The notes beneath the pieces were generated by a model, which was given only the letters and a program-made list of their open reading frames with translations, searched no databases and was not told where the DNA came from. From NCBI GenBank assembly GCA_003246205.1, contig QKBC01000021.1:106398-170397 (forward strand): a stretch of DNA of 64,000 bases, written 5' to 3'. Of the stretch, positions 1 through 10,173 are shown piece by piece; the first letter of the stretch is position 1, and the number at the start of each line of letters is the position of its first letter. The stretch comes from Flavobacterium haoranii (GTDB lineage Bacteria > Bacteroidota > Bacteroidia > Flavobacteriales > Flavobacteriaceae). A program made the position numbers and the translations under genes.

Positions 1-739
1 CTAAACCACTAAAAGTTTCTACTTTTCCCTTTTGAGAGTATTCCATTCCGTTACTTAAAATCAAATTTACAGATGGAATTTTAGCAATTTTATCTTGGAA
101 TGTTTTTCCTTCGGAATTCATCACCATATCTAATTGCTGTTTTTCGCTTACCGAAAAATAAGCATATATCTTGGTAATATCTGAAACACGTGTTAAAGGT
201 TGTGCTGTCTGGCTACTTACATAAGTTCCTAAACGATACGGAATTGTTCCGACAACTCCATTAACCGGACTTGTTATGGTAGCATATCCTATATTAGCAA
301 TTACGCTTTGATAAGTACTTTTAGCACTTGCTAAATTTGCTTTTGCTGTCTCTAGCTGTACTTTACTGATGATGTTTCTTTCTACAAGCGGAATCAAACG
401 ATCTACTTCAACTTGGGCGGCATCAACTTTTGCTTTGGCTGCTGCTGCATCCTGAGAAACCGATTGGGTTTCTAATTTAAAAAGTACTTGTCCCTTTTTT
501 ACTTCCTGACCTTCGTCAACAAATATTTTTTGGATATATCCATCAACTTTAGGACGGATATCGATATCCATGACTCCTTCTAAAGTAGCCGGATATTCTA
601 CCTGCAATGTTGTATTGGTTTTAGCAATTTGTACAACTTTATAAGGCATTACTGGTTTCGCTTGTTGCTGTTGTTCTTTTTTACATGAAACAAAAAGAAC
701 ACTGACAAACATTACGGCTGAAACAAACTTCTTTTTCAT
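1..739 (-). CDS. RND efflux periplasmic adaptor subunit (AcrA/HlyD family), runs off window start
   Basis: Manual translation from ATG at 739: MKKKFVSAVMFVSVLFVSCKKE (lipobox) ...IDIRPKVDGYIQKIFVDEGQEVKKGQVLF...YATITSPVNGVVG, typical membrane-fusion-protein lipoyl motifs. Confidence 0.9.
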   Translation of the reverse strand, partial: MKKKFVSAVMFVSVLFVSCKKEQQQQAKPVMPYKVVQIAKTNTTLQVEYPATLEGVMDIDIRPKVDGYIQKIFVDEGQEVKKGQVLFKLETQSVSQDAAAAKAKVDAAQVEVDRLIPLVERNIISKVQLETAKANLASAKSTYQSVIANIGYATITSPVNGVVGTIPYRLGTYVSSQTAQPLTRVSDITKIYAYFSVSEKQQLDMVMNSEGKTFQDKIAKIPSVNLILSNGMEYSQKGKVETFSGL

Positions 740-763
740 AAAATTCAACTATAAAATATTGGG

Positions 764-1249
764 TTATTTGGTCTCTAATTCTTCTATTTTTTTAATGGAA
801 TCCTGAAGTAGTACTTCAAAATTGTTAACATAATCCCTATAAATCTCTAAACTTTTTTCTTCCAAAACTGTCAAGGGTTTTCTGTTGTATTTCTCTTCGT
901 AACTACGGATTTTTTTTATAATATTTTGTTCTGATTTTATGAAGACTAAGTGGTTTTTAATTCTATCTGCTAAACTTGCAGGTTTAAAAAATTTTTTACG
1001 GTCTCCACAAACTGTATAATATATTATCTTTTCAAGTTTAAGCAGTAAATTAATATTGGTAGATACTGAGCTTTTACTAGCTCCTGTAATACAAACCAAA
1101 TCTTCAAAACTTAAATCTCTTTCTCTGGAATTCAGAATTAAAGTAGCTAAGATACGGGCTGCTAAAGGAGGTAACATATGGAACTTTTCAAAATGCACAC
1201 CAAACATTTCAATTAACTCTTCTTTTTCCTTTTCGGCATTATTATCCAT
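764..1249 (-). CDS. GbsR/MarR-family transcriptional regulator
   Basis: LPPLAARILATL...LSFEDL...GASKSSVSTNINLL...GDRKKFF winged-helix pattern; directly upstream of efflux adaptor. Confidence 0.85.
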   Translation of the reverse strand: MDNNAEKEKEELIEMFGVHFEKFHMLPPLAARILATLILNSRERDLSFEDLVCITGASKSSVSTNINLLLKLEKIIYYTVCGDRKKFFKPASLADRIKNHLVFIKSEQNIIKKIRSYEEKYNRKPLTVLEEKSLEIYRDYVNNFEVLLQDSIKKIEELETK

Positions 1250-1265
1250 AATTACTATTTTGGTG

Positions 1266-1308
1266 CAAAATTAATCAACAGTTCGGTTGGTTCGGTCGCA
1301 ACCGAACC
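1266..1308 (-). promoter_or_regulatory. Promoter -7 element plus palindromic operator of regulator/efflux operon
   Basis: TAATTTTG on minus strand (1266-1273); GGTTCGGT-CGCA-ACCGAACC inverted repeat at 1289-1308 with an extra GTTCGGTTG half-site at 1281-1289. Confidence 0.6.
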
Positions 1309-1333
1309 TAAAGTTTTGTTAAATTTGTTCCAT

Positions 1334-1360
1334 AAAAAAAGTCAAGTAAAAAACCTGACT
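1334..1360 (-). terminator. Intrinsic terminator after rlpA
   Basis: Minus strand AGTCAGG-loop-CTTGACT followed by T-run, adjoining the stop codon. Confidence 0.5.
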
Positions 1361-1821
1361 CATTCTATAATTTCTAAATTTACTATTAGAAAACCTGACT
1401 TTTTTTTGTCTGCTATTTCTCTAAAAGCCCTCTTGGTTAAATCTATTTCACGTCCTGAAACAAATGGTCCCCTATCGTTAATTGTCACAATTACTGATTT
1501 TTTATTTTCAGGATTAGTTACCCTAACTTGAGTCCCGAATTTTAGTTTTTTATGGGCCGCCGTATATAAGTTATTGTCAAATATTTGTCCGCTTGCTGTT
1601 TTTCTACCATTAAACTTATCATGGTAATAGGAAGCATGGACATTTGTTTTGTAAAATTTATTTTTTTCAATTGAATCCTGTTTAACTGATCTCAATTGTT
1701 TTGCAGTTAAATAATCTGTTTTGTTTGTCTTAAATCCAGAAATTAAAAATAATGTTCCCAATAGGAAAAAAGCCGTCAAAGAAAATCCAAACAGCTTACT
1801 ATTCCATGAAAACAAATTCAT
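1360..1821 (-). CDS. rlpA: Septal ring lytic transglycosylase RlpA family
   Basis: ASYYHDKFNGRKTASG...TAAHKKL.FGT.VRVTN...INDRGPF..GREIDL DPBB motif; ATG at 1821 preferred over the upstream alternative start. Confidence 0.9.
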   Translation of the reverse strand: MNLFSWNSKLFGFSLTAFFLLGTLFLISGFKTNKTDYLTAKQLRSVKQDSIEKNKFYKTNVHASYYHDKFNGRKTASGQIFDNNLYTAAHKKLKFGTQVRVTNPENKKSVIVTINDRGPFVSGREIDLTKRAFREIADKKKSGFLIVNLEIIE

Positions 1822-1829
1822 TTGTATTT

Positions 1830-2255
1830 TTAGCCTAACCAGTTTGACCAAGGGATTCTGGATAAAATCAATAGGAAACCAACAGAATAGAATAATGCTA
1901 TTTTCTTAAATTTTCCATTATTGCTTTCTTCTCTTTTATGTTTTGACCAACCAATTGTAACAAATGCTATAGCAATAATATTAATTAAAGGATGTTCCAA
2001 AGATGTAAGTCGCAAAGCAGAATTAGACATTTGCCCGAACGCTGATAATCCAAGCGGAGAAATGAAATAAACAATAATTCCTAATAGCAATTGTAAATGA
2101 GTTACGATAAGTGCAAACAAGGATAAACGCAAATCCTTATCTTTAAAGATCCTTTTACTTGCTAAACCTGCAATGGCATTAATACTAGCTAAGAACAGTA
2201 ATGCTAATACTACATAAGCAAAAATAGAATGGGCAGTTTGAACGGCTGTATACAT
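1830..2255 (-). CDS. Conserved 4-TM membrane protein
   Basis: Four hydrophobic segments with conserved His (HS, HLQ, EHP) and RIPW C-terminus. Confidence 0.75.
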   Translation of the reverse strand: MYTAVQTAHSIFAYVVLALLFLASINAIAGLASKRIFKDKDLRLSLFALIVTHLQLLLGIIVYFISPLGLSAFGQMSNSALRLTSLEHPLINIIAIAFVTIGWSKHKREESNNGKFKKIALFYSVGFLLILSRIPWSNWLG

Positions 2256-2300
2256 ATTGATTAGTTTTTATTTGTATCTTACAAAGATATAAAATTTAAA

Positions 2301-2330
2301 AAGCCCTTTAACAAAATTGCTAAAGGGCTT
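2301..2330. terminator. Intrinsic terminator after TonB-dependent receptor
   Basis: AAGCCCTTTA...TAAAGGGCTT inverted repeat. Confidence 0.65.
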
Positions 2331-2352
2331 ATTAATTAAAACTAAACAGTAA

Positions 2353-5031
2353 TTAAAAATTGTAACGAATTGTAAAGTTCCATGTTCTTCCTAAACCGAA
2401 GAAACCTGAGTTAGATACATTTATACCATTCCATGTTTCATCACCAGCTTCAACTTTATTTGCTGTTGTTAATTCTGATAAGTACACTTCATTGAATACG
2501 TTATTCATGTTGAAACGGAAACCTACAGAATTCTTTTTGTCTTTTCCCACTAACAATTTGTAAGAAACCCCAGCATCTACTAAATCATAAGATGGTAATT
2601 CTAAGTTTTCTTTTCTTGCAGCTACATTAGCATATAATTTATCATAATTCCTCCAATCAGCATCAACTGAAAAGTTTTTAAAGATTTCATATTTTGCACC
2701 TAATCCCCAAGTGGTTTGAGCAGCATCCCCAACTTTTCCACCATCTACATCTTTTTTAGTTTCTTCTAAAAGAGTTAGACTTTCGTTATATTGTCTTTGG
2801 TTAGCATTTCCTTTATATTCCCAATTTCCAATTGAAGCAAAACCTTTAACACTTAATGCTTGAATAGGTTTAAACGTTAAATCTAATTCTGCACCTGAAT
2901 GTAACTGTTCATCATTTTGACTTGAGGTATAAATTAAATCTCCTTCTGCAACTGGTGTGGTTCCAATAACTCCTCCTAAATCAGTTATATCATTTGCAGA
3001 AAGGACTCTTGAAGTTGTATTGACTCTGTTTTTCCAAGACGTTCTATAAACATTCAAATTAGCACTAAAAATAGAAGAAGAAAATGAGTAACCAGCTTCA
3101 ATACCTAGTATTTTTTCATTTTTAGTTAACGGATTTACAGCATTAGTATAATTTAAATAGATATTATCATGATATGGTTGACGAGAATAATATCCTGCAT
3201 TAGCAAAAATAGTGTGCTTTTCAGAAATTTTGTAAGCAGCTCCTCCTTTTGTATTAAAACCAAAGTTATCTACTTTTTTAGAATCTTTATATTCCGGCAA
3301 ATAGTCATAACGGTCAAATCGTTGGTGCATTTGTTGCGAAACCGAACCTTGGAAAAATGCTGAAAACTTATTTGTAGCATATTCTAATTGTCCGAATACA
3401 CCTCCATAAGAAATTCTCTCACTATAATCGTAGTCAATTCTTTGACTTTTTCCTACAGTATTAAACATTGCTTCCCATGGTTTTGCAATACCATATTCTG
3501 TAACTGTATTTGAAGCAATAATACCCGTAGGTAAATCATCTTGTCCTTTCAAATTTCTAGTCTCAGTCCATGAATTTAATCCCATATAGTTCGCCACTTG
3601 TCTGTAATGAGTTCCGTAATATGTTCTTAAATCCATACCAGCATTGAAAGAAAGGTTTTCATTAATTTGTTTTTTCAAATTAGTAACCATTCCATACCAC
3701 ATGTGATTATTCATTGAAGCTCTGATAAGGTAATTCCCGTTAGAATAAGTTCCATCACCATTTGCTGCAGTTAAGTTATTTGCATAGATTGCATCAAAAT
3801 CAATTAAGCCATCTGAGGTTCTTGCTCTAGCTGAACTTTTCCCGTAATTTCCGGTTCCTCCACCTCTACCCCAAGAAGCATACAAAACTGTTGACAATTG
3901 AGTAGTTTCATTGATATTGAAATCCCAGTTTAAGTTAGCAACTGGTTTGTGATAGAAATTTGTTCTTTCTGACAAATATTGACCATTTAAATAACCATAA
4001 TTGTTATTATATTTTCTACCATGTTCTAAATAAGTACTAATTGATTTCGTAAAATTCTGATCATGGTATTGAGGAGCTCCTGTTAATAAGAAATTAAAGC
4101 TGTGCTTATCACTTGGTTTGTAACCTAAAGAAATAAAGTAATTTTGTCCTTCACCTCTGGTTCCCATATTATAACCGTCACCTTGCCAATGAGACATCAT
4201 CACGCTGAATCCCCAGCCTTTTTTAGACATCCCTGTGTTGTAACCTACAGTTGATTTAAAATAATCACTATTTGCTACACCCATTGAAGCAAAACCACCT
4301 TGTTTTTTTTCAGTTGCTTTGGTTACAAAGTTTACAGTACCACCAACAGATGAAATAGCTAATTTAGAAGATCCTAAACCTCTTTGGATTTGGATTACAT
4401 TAGCAATGTCAGACATACCAGACCAGTTTGACCAATACATTTTACCGTCTTCCATACCATTGATTGGCTGACCGTTTAATAAGAAAGCTGTATTGTCTTG
4501 TTGGAATCCACGAACTGTCATTCTTGAATCTCCATAACCACCAGATTGTCCGGCAACATATACCGACGGAGTATTTACTAATGCTTGCGTTACATCAGAA
4601 GTACCAATTTTAGCTTGAATCTCAGCTGCTTTTATAGTTGAAACGGCAATAGGTGTTTTTCTGTCTTTGGCTAAGTCGATTACACCACTCCCTACTACTA
4701 CAACTCCTTCTAACTGATTTTCATCAGGAGTTAACGTTACATTTCCTAAATTAACTGTGTTTCCAGTTACTGTAAAAGAAATAGTTTTAGACTCAAAGCC
4801 TAAATAAGACACTACAATTTGTCCAGATTGTTGTGAAGTTTTAAATTCAAACTTACCATCAAAATCTGTAGTTGCACCATCTGTAGTTCCTTTAACTACT
4901 ACATTAGCTCCAGCTAAAGGTTCGTTTAAATCAGCATCAACAATCACCCCGGTAACTGTTGCTTGAGAAAAAACTGTTAAGGATGTCAAAAAGACTAACC
5001 CAAAAAGTAATTTTTTTGCAAAATCTCTCAT
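2353..5031 (-). CDS. TonB-dependent receptor with carboxypeptidase-regulatory-like N-terminal domain
   Basis: Signal peptide, EPLAGANVVVKGT..G..TD.DG, plug motif (VRGF, IQIQRGLGSS), C-terminal GRTW...RYNF. Confidence 0.9.
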   Translation of the reverse strand: MRDFAKKLLFGLVFLTSLTVFSQATVTGVIVDADLNEPLAGANVVVKGTTDGATTDFDGKFEFKTSQQSGQIVVSYLGFESKTISFTVTGNTVNLGNVTLTPDENQLEGVVVVGSGVIDLAKDRKTPIAVSTIKAAEIQAKIGTSDVTQALVNTPSVYVAGQSGGYGDSRMTVRGFQQDNTAFLLNGQPINGMEDGKMYWSNWSGMSDIANVIQIQRGLGSSKLAISSVGGTVNFVTKATEKKQGGFASMGVANSDYFKSTVGYNTGMSKKGWGFSVMMSHWQGDGYNMGTRGEGQNYFISLGYKPSDKHSFNFLLTGAPQYHDQNFTKSISTYLEHGRKYNNNYGYLNGQYLSERTNFYHKPVANLNWDFNINETTQLSTVLYASWGRGGGTGNYGKSSARARTSDGLIDFDAIYANNLTAANGDGTYSNGNYLIRASMNNHMWYGMVTNLKKQINENLSFNAGMDLRTYYGTHYRQVANYMGLNSWTETRNLKGQDDLPTGIIASNTVTEYGIAKPWEAMFNTVGKSQRIDYDYSERISYGGVFGQLEYATNKFSAFFQGSVSQQMHQRFDRYDYLPEYKDSKKVDNFGFNTKGGAAYKISEKHTIFANAGYYSRQPYHDNIYLNYTNAVNPLTKNEKILGIEAGYSFSSSIFSANLNVYRTSWKNRVNTTSRVLSANDITDLGGVIGTTPVAEGDLIYTSSQNDEQLHSGAELDLTFKPIQALSVKGFASIGNWEYKGNANQRQYNESLTLLEETKKDVDGGKVGDAAQTTWGLGAKYEIFKNFSVDADWRNYDKLYANVAARKENLELPSYDLVDAGVSYKLLVGKDKKNSVGFRFNMNNVFNEVYLSELTTANKVEAGDETWNGINVSNSGFFGLGRTWNFTIRYNF

Positions 5032-5199
5032 TTCTTGTGTTTTATGTTTTTTTTGCAAATTTCAAACAACCAATTTTAACTCAGGTTAAGAAATTGTTAA
5101 CAATAAAACACTTATAACACTCTCGTGATAAAATAAGCTTTTTAACGTTTTTTTTAACAGATTGCCGATAAAAAATCAAACTTTTTTTTAAGTCACTAT

Positions 5200-6840
5200 T
5201 TATTCTGATAGAAAATTGCGCAACAAAAACTCAGTTGATGAATCGTGAACGTTAATTTTCTCTTGATTTATCTCTCCTAAAATCGAATTTGCTAATTGCT
5301 TCCCTAATTCAACACCCCACTGATCGTAACTAAAAATATTCCAAATAACACCTTGAACAAATATTTTATGTTCATATAATGCAATCAAGGAACCTAGTGT
5401 TTCTGGTGTTAAAGATTCTATTAAAATTGTATTTGTCGGTTTATTTCCATCAAATACTTTAAATGGTAATAGATAAGCTGCAAAATCTCCGGTAATACCT
5501 TGCTTTTCAAACTCCGCTTTTACTTGTTTTTCTGTTTTTCCCATTAACAAGGCTTCTGTTTGCGCAAAGAAATTTGACATTAACTTATGGTGATGATCTT
5601 TGTTTCCATAAAGAGACTTTTTGAACCCGATAAAATCAGTTGGAATTAATTTTGTTCCTTGATGGATCAACTGAAAAAATGCGTGTTGGGAATTGGTTCC
5701 GGGTTCACCCCAAATAATAGTCCCGGTCTGGTAATTTACAGGATTCCCATCTCTTCCTATACTTTTCCCATTACTCTCCATAATTCCTTGCTGAAGGTAG
5801 GGCGCGAGTTTTTGCAAATATTGTGTATAAGGAATCAAGGCTTCTGTTTCTGCTCCGAAGAAATTGTTATACCAAACGCTTAATAAGGCTAAAACAACCG
5901 GAATATTTTGTGAAAATTCGGTGTTTTTAAAGTGTTGATCCATTTTATAAGCTCCTTTTAAGAGCGCATCAAAATTTTCAAAACCAACAGCTAAAGCGAT
6001 TGATAACCCAACGGCACTCCAAAGGGAGAATCTTCCTCCGACCCAATCCCACATTGGAAAAATATTATCTTCTGCGATACCAAATTCGGTTACTTTTTGA
6101 ATATTGGTAGAGACAGCTACAAAATGTTTAGCAACATCTTCTTGTTTTGCTGATTGTAAGAACCAACTTCTTATTGTTTCTGCATTAGACAAGGTTTCTT
6201 GAGTCGTAAAGGTTTTAGAAACAATTACAAAAAGAGTTGTTTCCGGATTTATTTTTTTCAAAACTTCTTGTACATGATCACCGTCTACATTGGATACAAA
6301 GTGAACATTCAATTGATTTTTATAATATTGCAAAGCATCTACAACCATTGCCGGTCCTAAATCAGAACCTCCTATCCCAATATTGACCACATCTGTAAAG
6401 GCTTTACCGGTAAAACCTTTTAAGTTTCCGGATATTACTTTATCTGAAAAAGTTTTAATTTTATCCTTAACTGCAAAAACTTCCGGCATTACATTAACAC
6501 CTTCTACCAAAACCACATCGTCTTTTTGTGCTCTCAATGCAGTATGTAAAACCGCTCTTTTTTCTGTTTGATTGATTTTATCTCCCTCAAAATAGCTTTT
6601 AATCGCTTTTTTTAATTCTACTTCATTAGCTAGTTCTAAAAGCAAAGCAAGTGTTTTTTCATTTATCTTGTTCTTAGAATAATCTACCAAAAACTTTTCC
6701 CATTTAATATGGAACTTTTCGGCACGTTGCGAATCTTCCTGAAACATTTCTTGCATAGAAACGTTATACATATCAGCAAAATGTTCTCTGATTTTTTGCC
6801 AAGCAACTGTACCAGACGGATTAATAGATTCTAAACTCAT
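5200..6840 (-). CDS. pgi: Glucose-6-phosphate isomerase
   Basis: [35 protein letters not shown]. Confidence 0.97.
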   Translation of the reverse strand: MSLESINPSGTVAWQKIREHFADMYNVSMQEMFQEDSQRAEKFHIKWEKFLVDYSKNKINEKTLALLLELANEVELKKAIKSYFEGDKINQTEKRAVLHTALRAQKDDVVLVEGVNVMPEVFAVKDKIKTFSDKVISGNLKGFTGKAFTDVVNIGIGGSDLGPAMVVDALQYYKNQLNVHFVSNVDGDHVQEVLKKINPETTLFVIVSKTFTTQETLSNAETIRSWFLQSAKQEDVAKHFVAVSTNIQKVTEFGIAEDNIFPMWDWVGGRFSLWSAVGLSIALAVGFENFDALLKGAYKMDQHFKNTEFSQNIPVVLALLSVWYNNFFGAETEALIPYTQYLQKLAPYLQQGIMESNGKSIGRDGNPVNYQTGTIIWGEPGTNSQHAFFQLIHQGTKLIPTDFIGFKKSLYGNKDHHHKLMSNFFAQTEALLMGKTEKQVKAEFEKQGITGDFAAYLLPFKVFDGNKPTNTILIESLTPETLGSLIALYEHKIFVQGVIWNIFSYDQWGVELGKQLANSILGEINQEKINVHDSSTEFLLRNFLSE

Positions 6841-8081
6841 CACTTTTTAAATTTTACTTTTATAATACTATCTAACTCTTGTTTGAACGGTTTAATATAT
6901 GCTAAATATTTTACTCTGTCTTTTTCCACCATTGGTTCTGCACTTGGCAACTGTAATTTAAACGGATCTACCTGAACACCATTTTTCCAAAAACGATAAC
7001 AAACATGAGGTCCTGTAGCCAAACCTGTGCTTCCGACTTTTCCTATAATTTGGCCTTGTGCAACATATTGTCCTTTTTTGACTAATATCTTAGACATGTG
7101 AAGGTACTGAGTGGAATATGTTCCATTATGACTGATCTTTACAAAATTTCCATTCCCGGATGTATAACCTGCTTTTGACACTACACCGGCGGCAGTTGCT
7201 TTAATCGGCGTTCCATGTGGTGCCGCATAATCAGTTCCGTTATGTGCCTTCCATCTTTTTTGAACGGGATGAAAGCGTTTTCCTGAGAATTTAGATGAAA
7301 TCCTGTAATAATCTAATGGTGCTTTTAAGAACATGCTTTTTAGAGCTTTACCTTCTTCGTCGTAATAGCTATATTCTTTTTGTTCCGGTTTCAATTTATA
7401 TGGAAAAGCATAAAAATCATTTCCTCTATGCTGAAAATAAGTAGACTCAATTCTGTCTATCCCTGCATAAATAGAATCTTCAATAAATTTCTCGTACAAT
7501 GTTACGGCAAATTTATCTCCTTTTTGAATTTTAAAGAAGTCAATAGAATAAGCATATACATTAGCTAACTTTGGTGCTAAAGAAGCGCTTACGCCTGCTT
7601 TATCCAATGTTTCAGATAAGGATCCTTCTATTTCTGCAGCTATTGTTCTTTTTTTAATTGAAGTAGGCCTTTGTTTATTCACAACTACAACAGAATCTCT
7701 CAAGTCTATAACTGTATAATGAATTCTATCTTTAACATAAATAAAAGCTTTCAAATCTTTTTCCTTTTGTTTGTCAAAAAGTAAAACATAAGGATTTCCG
7801 GCTTTCATACCTCTTAAATTAAAAGAGTCTCTAACCTTTTCTGTTAATTGATGAACGTTTAAACTATCGGGTAATACATAATCTTGCAACAAGGTTCCAA
7901 AAGTATCTCCGTTTTTAATTGTATCATTTACTACACGAAAATCGTTATACACAAAACCATATTTCTTAATTATAGGTTCTGCATTTTCAATTTTCTTTGT
8001 TTGTTTTTCTTCTTTTTTATTTTTGGTATCGCAAGCTGTTATAACAGTAAGTAACAGCAATAGAGATGCTAAGTATTTCAA
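6840..8081 (-). CDS. M23 peptidoglycan DD-metalloendopeptidase (lipoprotein)
   Basis: [22 protein letters not shown] motifs; lipobox ITAC. Confidence 0.9.
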   Translation of the reverse strand: MKYLASLLLLLTVITACDTKNKKEEKQTKKIENAEPIIKKYGFVYNDFRVVNDTIKNGDTFGTLLQDYVLPDSLNVHQLTEKVRDSFNLRGMKAGNPYVLLFDKQKEKDLKAFIYVKDRIHYTVIDLRDSVVVVNKQRPTSIKKRTIAAEIEGSLSETLDKAGVSASLAPKLANVYAYSIDFFKIQKGDKFAVTLYEKFIEDSIYAGIDRIESTYFQHRGNDFYAFPYKLKPEQKEYSYYDEEGKALKSMFLKAPLDYYRISSKFSGKRFHPVQKRWKAHNGTDYAAPHGTPIKATAAGVVSKAGYTSGNGNFVKISHNGTYSTQYLHMSKILVKKGQYVAQGQIIGKVGSTGLATGPHVCYRFWKNGVQVDPFKLQLPSAEPMVEKDRVKYLAYIKPFKQELDSIIKVKFKK

Positions 8082-8099
8082 TTTAAACTCTTTTTCACA

Positions 8100-9032
8100 T
8101 TAAACATTTTCGCCCCAATTATCCAATTCTTCTTTTGTCCACAACTCCGGAAAGAAAATTCTTTTTTGATATTTTGGCAGCATATATTTTTTCCAGTCGC
8201 TTCCGCCTGTTGCCTCGCCATTTCCTTCTGAACTTTCAATATATTTTACTGCCGTTCTGAAGTGTCCCATTACCCAAGTAATATTAACTGTCTTATCATA
8301 ATGGCGCATTGCTTCAACCAATACCGGATTTTTCTGATCTTCTTCCGGTAATTGCTTAAATTTTCGCCAAACATTGATTGTGTTATATTCTTCCATAAAA
8401 TCTAAGAATTGCTTTTTATAACGTTTCTCAAATTGTTGGATTAAATAAGATTTCTCTCCTGTTTTATAATCCTTACCTGCTGCCTGCCAGTATAAATGTT
8501 CAAAAGCATGTTCATACGGTGTATTTCTATCAATCGTTGCTCTGAAACGGGCATCTATAAGATTGATCAAATCAGTAGATGCAAATTCGATTAAACGATA
8601 CTGAGCACTCTGAAATCCACTTGCCGGAGTTAAAGTATTTCTGAATTTTAAATATTGTTCTACTTCCATTCCATCTGTCATAATGTCAAAAGAAGTTGTC
8701 AGCATATCAAAATAGCGACTAATACGTCCTAATTTTTCAGTAAAATATTTTGTAGATGGAAGTTTTGTATGACACAACTGATCTATTTCCCATAAAATCA
8801 TTTTAAACAACAGCTCATTGATCTGGTGATACATAATAAACACCATTTCATCGGGCAAGGTTGTTCGTTGTATTTGTAAATTTAAAAGAGCGTCTGTTTG
8901 TATATAATCCCAATATGTTATGGGTTTTGACCAAAGTAACCCTTCTAAATGCGTTTCCGTATTTTGGTTGATTGCCTTAAATTTTGTTTCTAAAGCTTTT
9001 ATCTTATCCTGATAAAGCGTTTCTGTATTCAT
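8100..9032 (-). CDS. Tryptophan 2,3-dioxygenase family
   Basis: YWDYI..D.LL, DEMVFIMYHQINEL, FR..L.PASGFQSAQYR, ATGGS. Confidence 0.9.
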   Translation of the reverse strand: MNTETLYQDKIKALETKFKAINQNTETHLEGLLWSKPITYWDYIQTDALLNLQIQRTTLPDEMVFIMYHQINELLFKMILWEIDQLCHTKLPSTKYFTEKLGRISRYFDMLTTSFDIMTDGMEVEQYLKFRNTLTPASGFQSAQYRLIEFASTDLINLIDARFRATIDRNTPYEHAFEHLYWQAAGKDYKTGEKSYLIQQFEKRYKKQFLDFMEEYNTINVWRKFKQLPEEDQKNPVLVEAMRHYDKTVNITWVMGHFRTAVKYIESSEGNGEATGGSDWKKYMLPKYQKRIFFPELWTKEELDNWGENV

Positions 9033-9035
9033 GAA

Positions 9036-9812
9036 TTAATTTTCTACTTTAATTTTAAAAGAATTTTTCAATCCTTTAAAAGCTTCCAAATCTGCTTTTA
9101 AAGAACCTACGGCCAAACTGGCTTTTATACGTATCGGGATTTTATTATCATCATTTGATATCCAAACGGTTAAACTTTCTTCTTCCTTAAAAACGCGTCC
9201 TGCTTGTACATAAGGCCTGAAAATTTTACACGGAACCGTTCCAAATTTAGTCTTTAAATCTTCATTACCAATATATTTTAACTTAAACTTAAACGTTTCA
9301 TTGTCAAAAAACATATCTATGGTAATAGATTCTCCTACTTTTAATTTGTCGATTTGCGGATGATTTCTTAGATAATAAAATGAGGATACAATATCTTGAA
9401 CATTTTCGGGCACTGAAAAAGTTTTCTCAGTATCTTTTTTATAGTCTTTAATTAAGACAGTATTGCTATTTTGATTAAAATAGCCTACTTGGTTTTTAGT
9501 ATAGCCGCCTTCATCAATTTTTCTTATGAATTGATACGGTTTTCCGGTTTCTTTGTCAAAATAACTTTGGTAATCGTCTTCTACTTTGAAAAAAAATTTC
9601 GCCATACCTGTTGTCCAACCTTTTCCAACAACGTGATGCACTTTTTTTTTGTTTTGGGTTGCTTCTTTGATTTCCAAAGTCGCATAACCCGCATTAATCA
9701 TTCCATAATGAATACGGAGTTTAAACCATTCACCTGTTTGAAATGCATCTTCTTTTTGCACAAAAGAATTTGTTGAAACAAAGATTAAAAGTAATAACGC
9801 TATTTTTTTCAT
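9036..9812 (-). CDS. DUF3108-family secreted protein
   Basis: Signal peptide, GEWFK.RIHYG, WISNDDNKIPIRIK pattern. Confidence 0.75.
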   Translation of the reverse strand: MKKIALLLLIFVSTNSFVQKEDAFQTGEWFKLRIHYGMINAGYATLEIKEATQNKKKVHHVVGKGWTTGMAKFFFKVEDDYQSYFDKETGKPYQFIRKIDEGGYTKNQVGYFNQNSNTVLIKDYKKDTEKTFSVPENVQDIVSSFYYLRNHPQIDKLKVGESITIDMFFDNETFKFKLKYIGNEDLKTKFGTVPCKIFRPYVQAGRVFKEEESLTVWISNDDNKIPIRIKASLAVGSLKADLEAFKGLKNSFKIKVEN

Positions 9813-9939
9813 CTGTCTACTTTTTTAGTGAGTATCTAAATTATAACAAGTATATAACTTACTCATTACCAATATGTAACTTTTTTGTTGTGATTAGATA
9901 CTTTTGAAAATGCAATTTTCGTTCCAAAAATAATAAAAC

Positions 9940-10055
9940 AAAAAAACCCAGTCAAAAAATATGACTGAGTTTTTTATGCTATTAACCAACCAAAAACTAT
10001 AAATTATGAAAAATTAACTGCAAAAAAACAAACAAACTGTTCCTTTTTTTGCGAG
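9940..10055 (-). ncRNA. Candidate small RNA (~115 nt)
   Basis: Minus-strand promoter TACCTTTG (10058-10065), 5' hairpin, and a terminator at 9941-9975 whose stem pairs fully (via G-U) only on the minus strand; no ORF of note. Confidence 0.5.
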
Positions 10056-10173
10056 TGCAAAGGTATTTACTTTTTAAAAAATACTCAACAAAAAATAAAC
10101 TTTAACCTTTTTAACACATTATTTTCAATAAAATAAAGCCAATAATTGATTATTTATCAACAAAAATCAGTTT

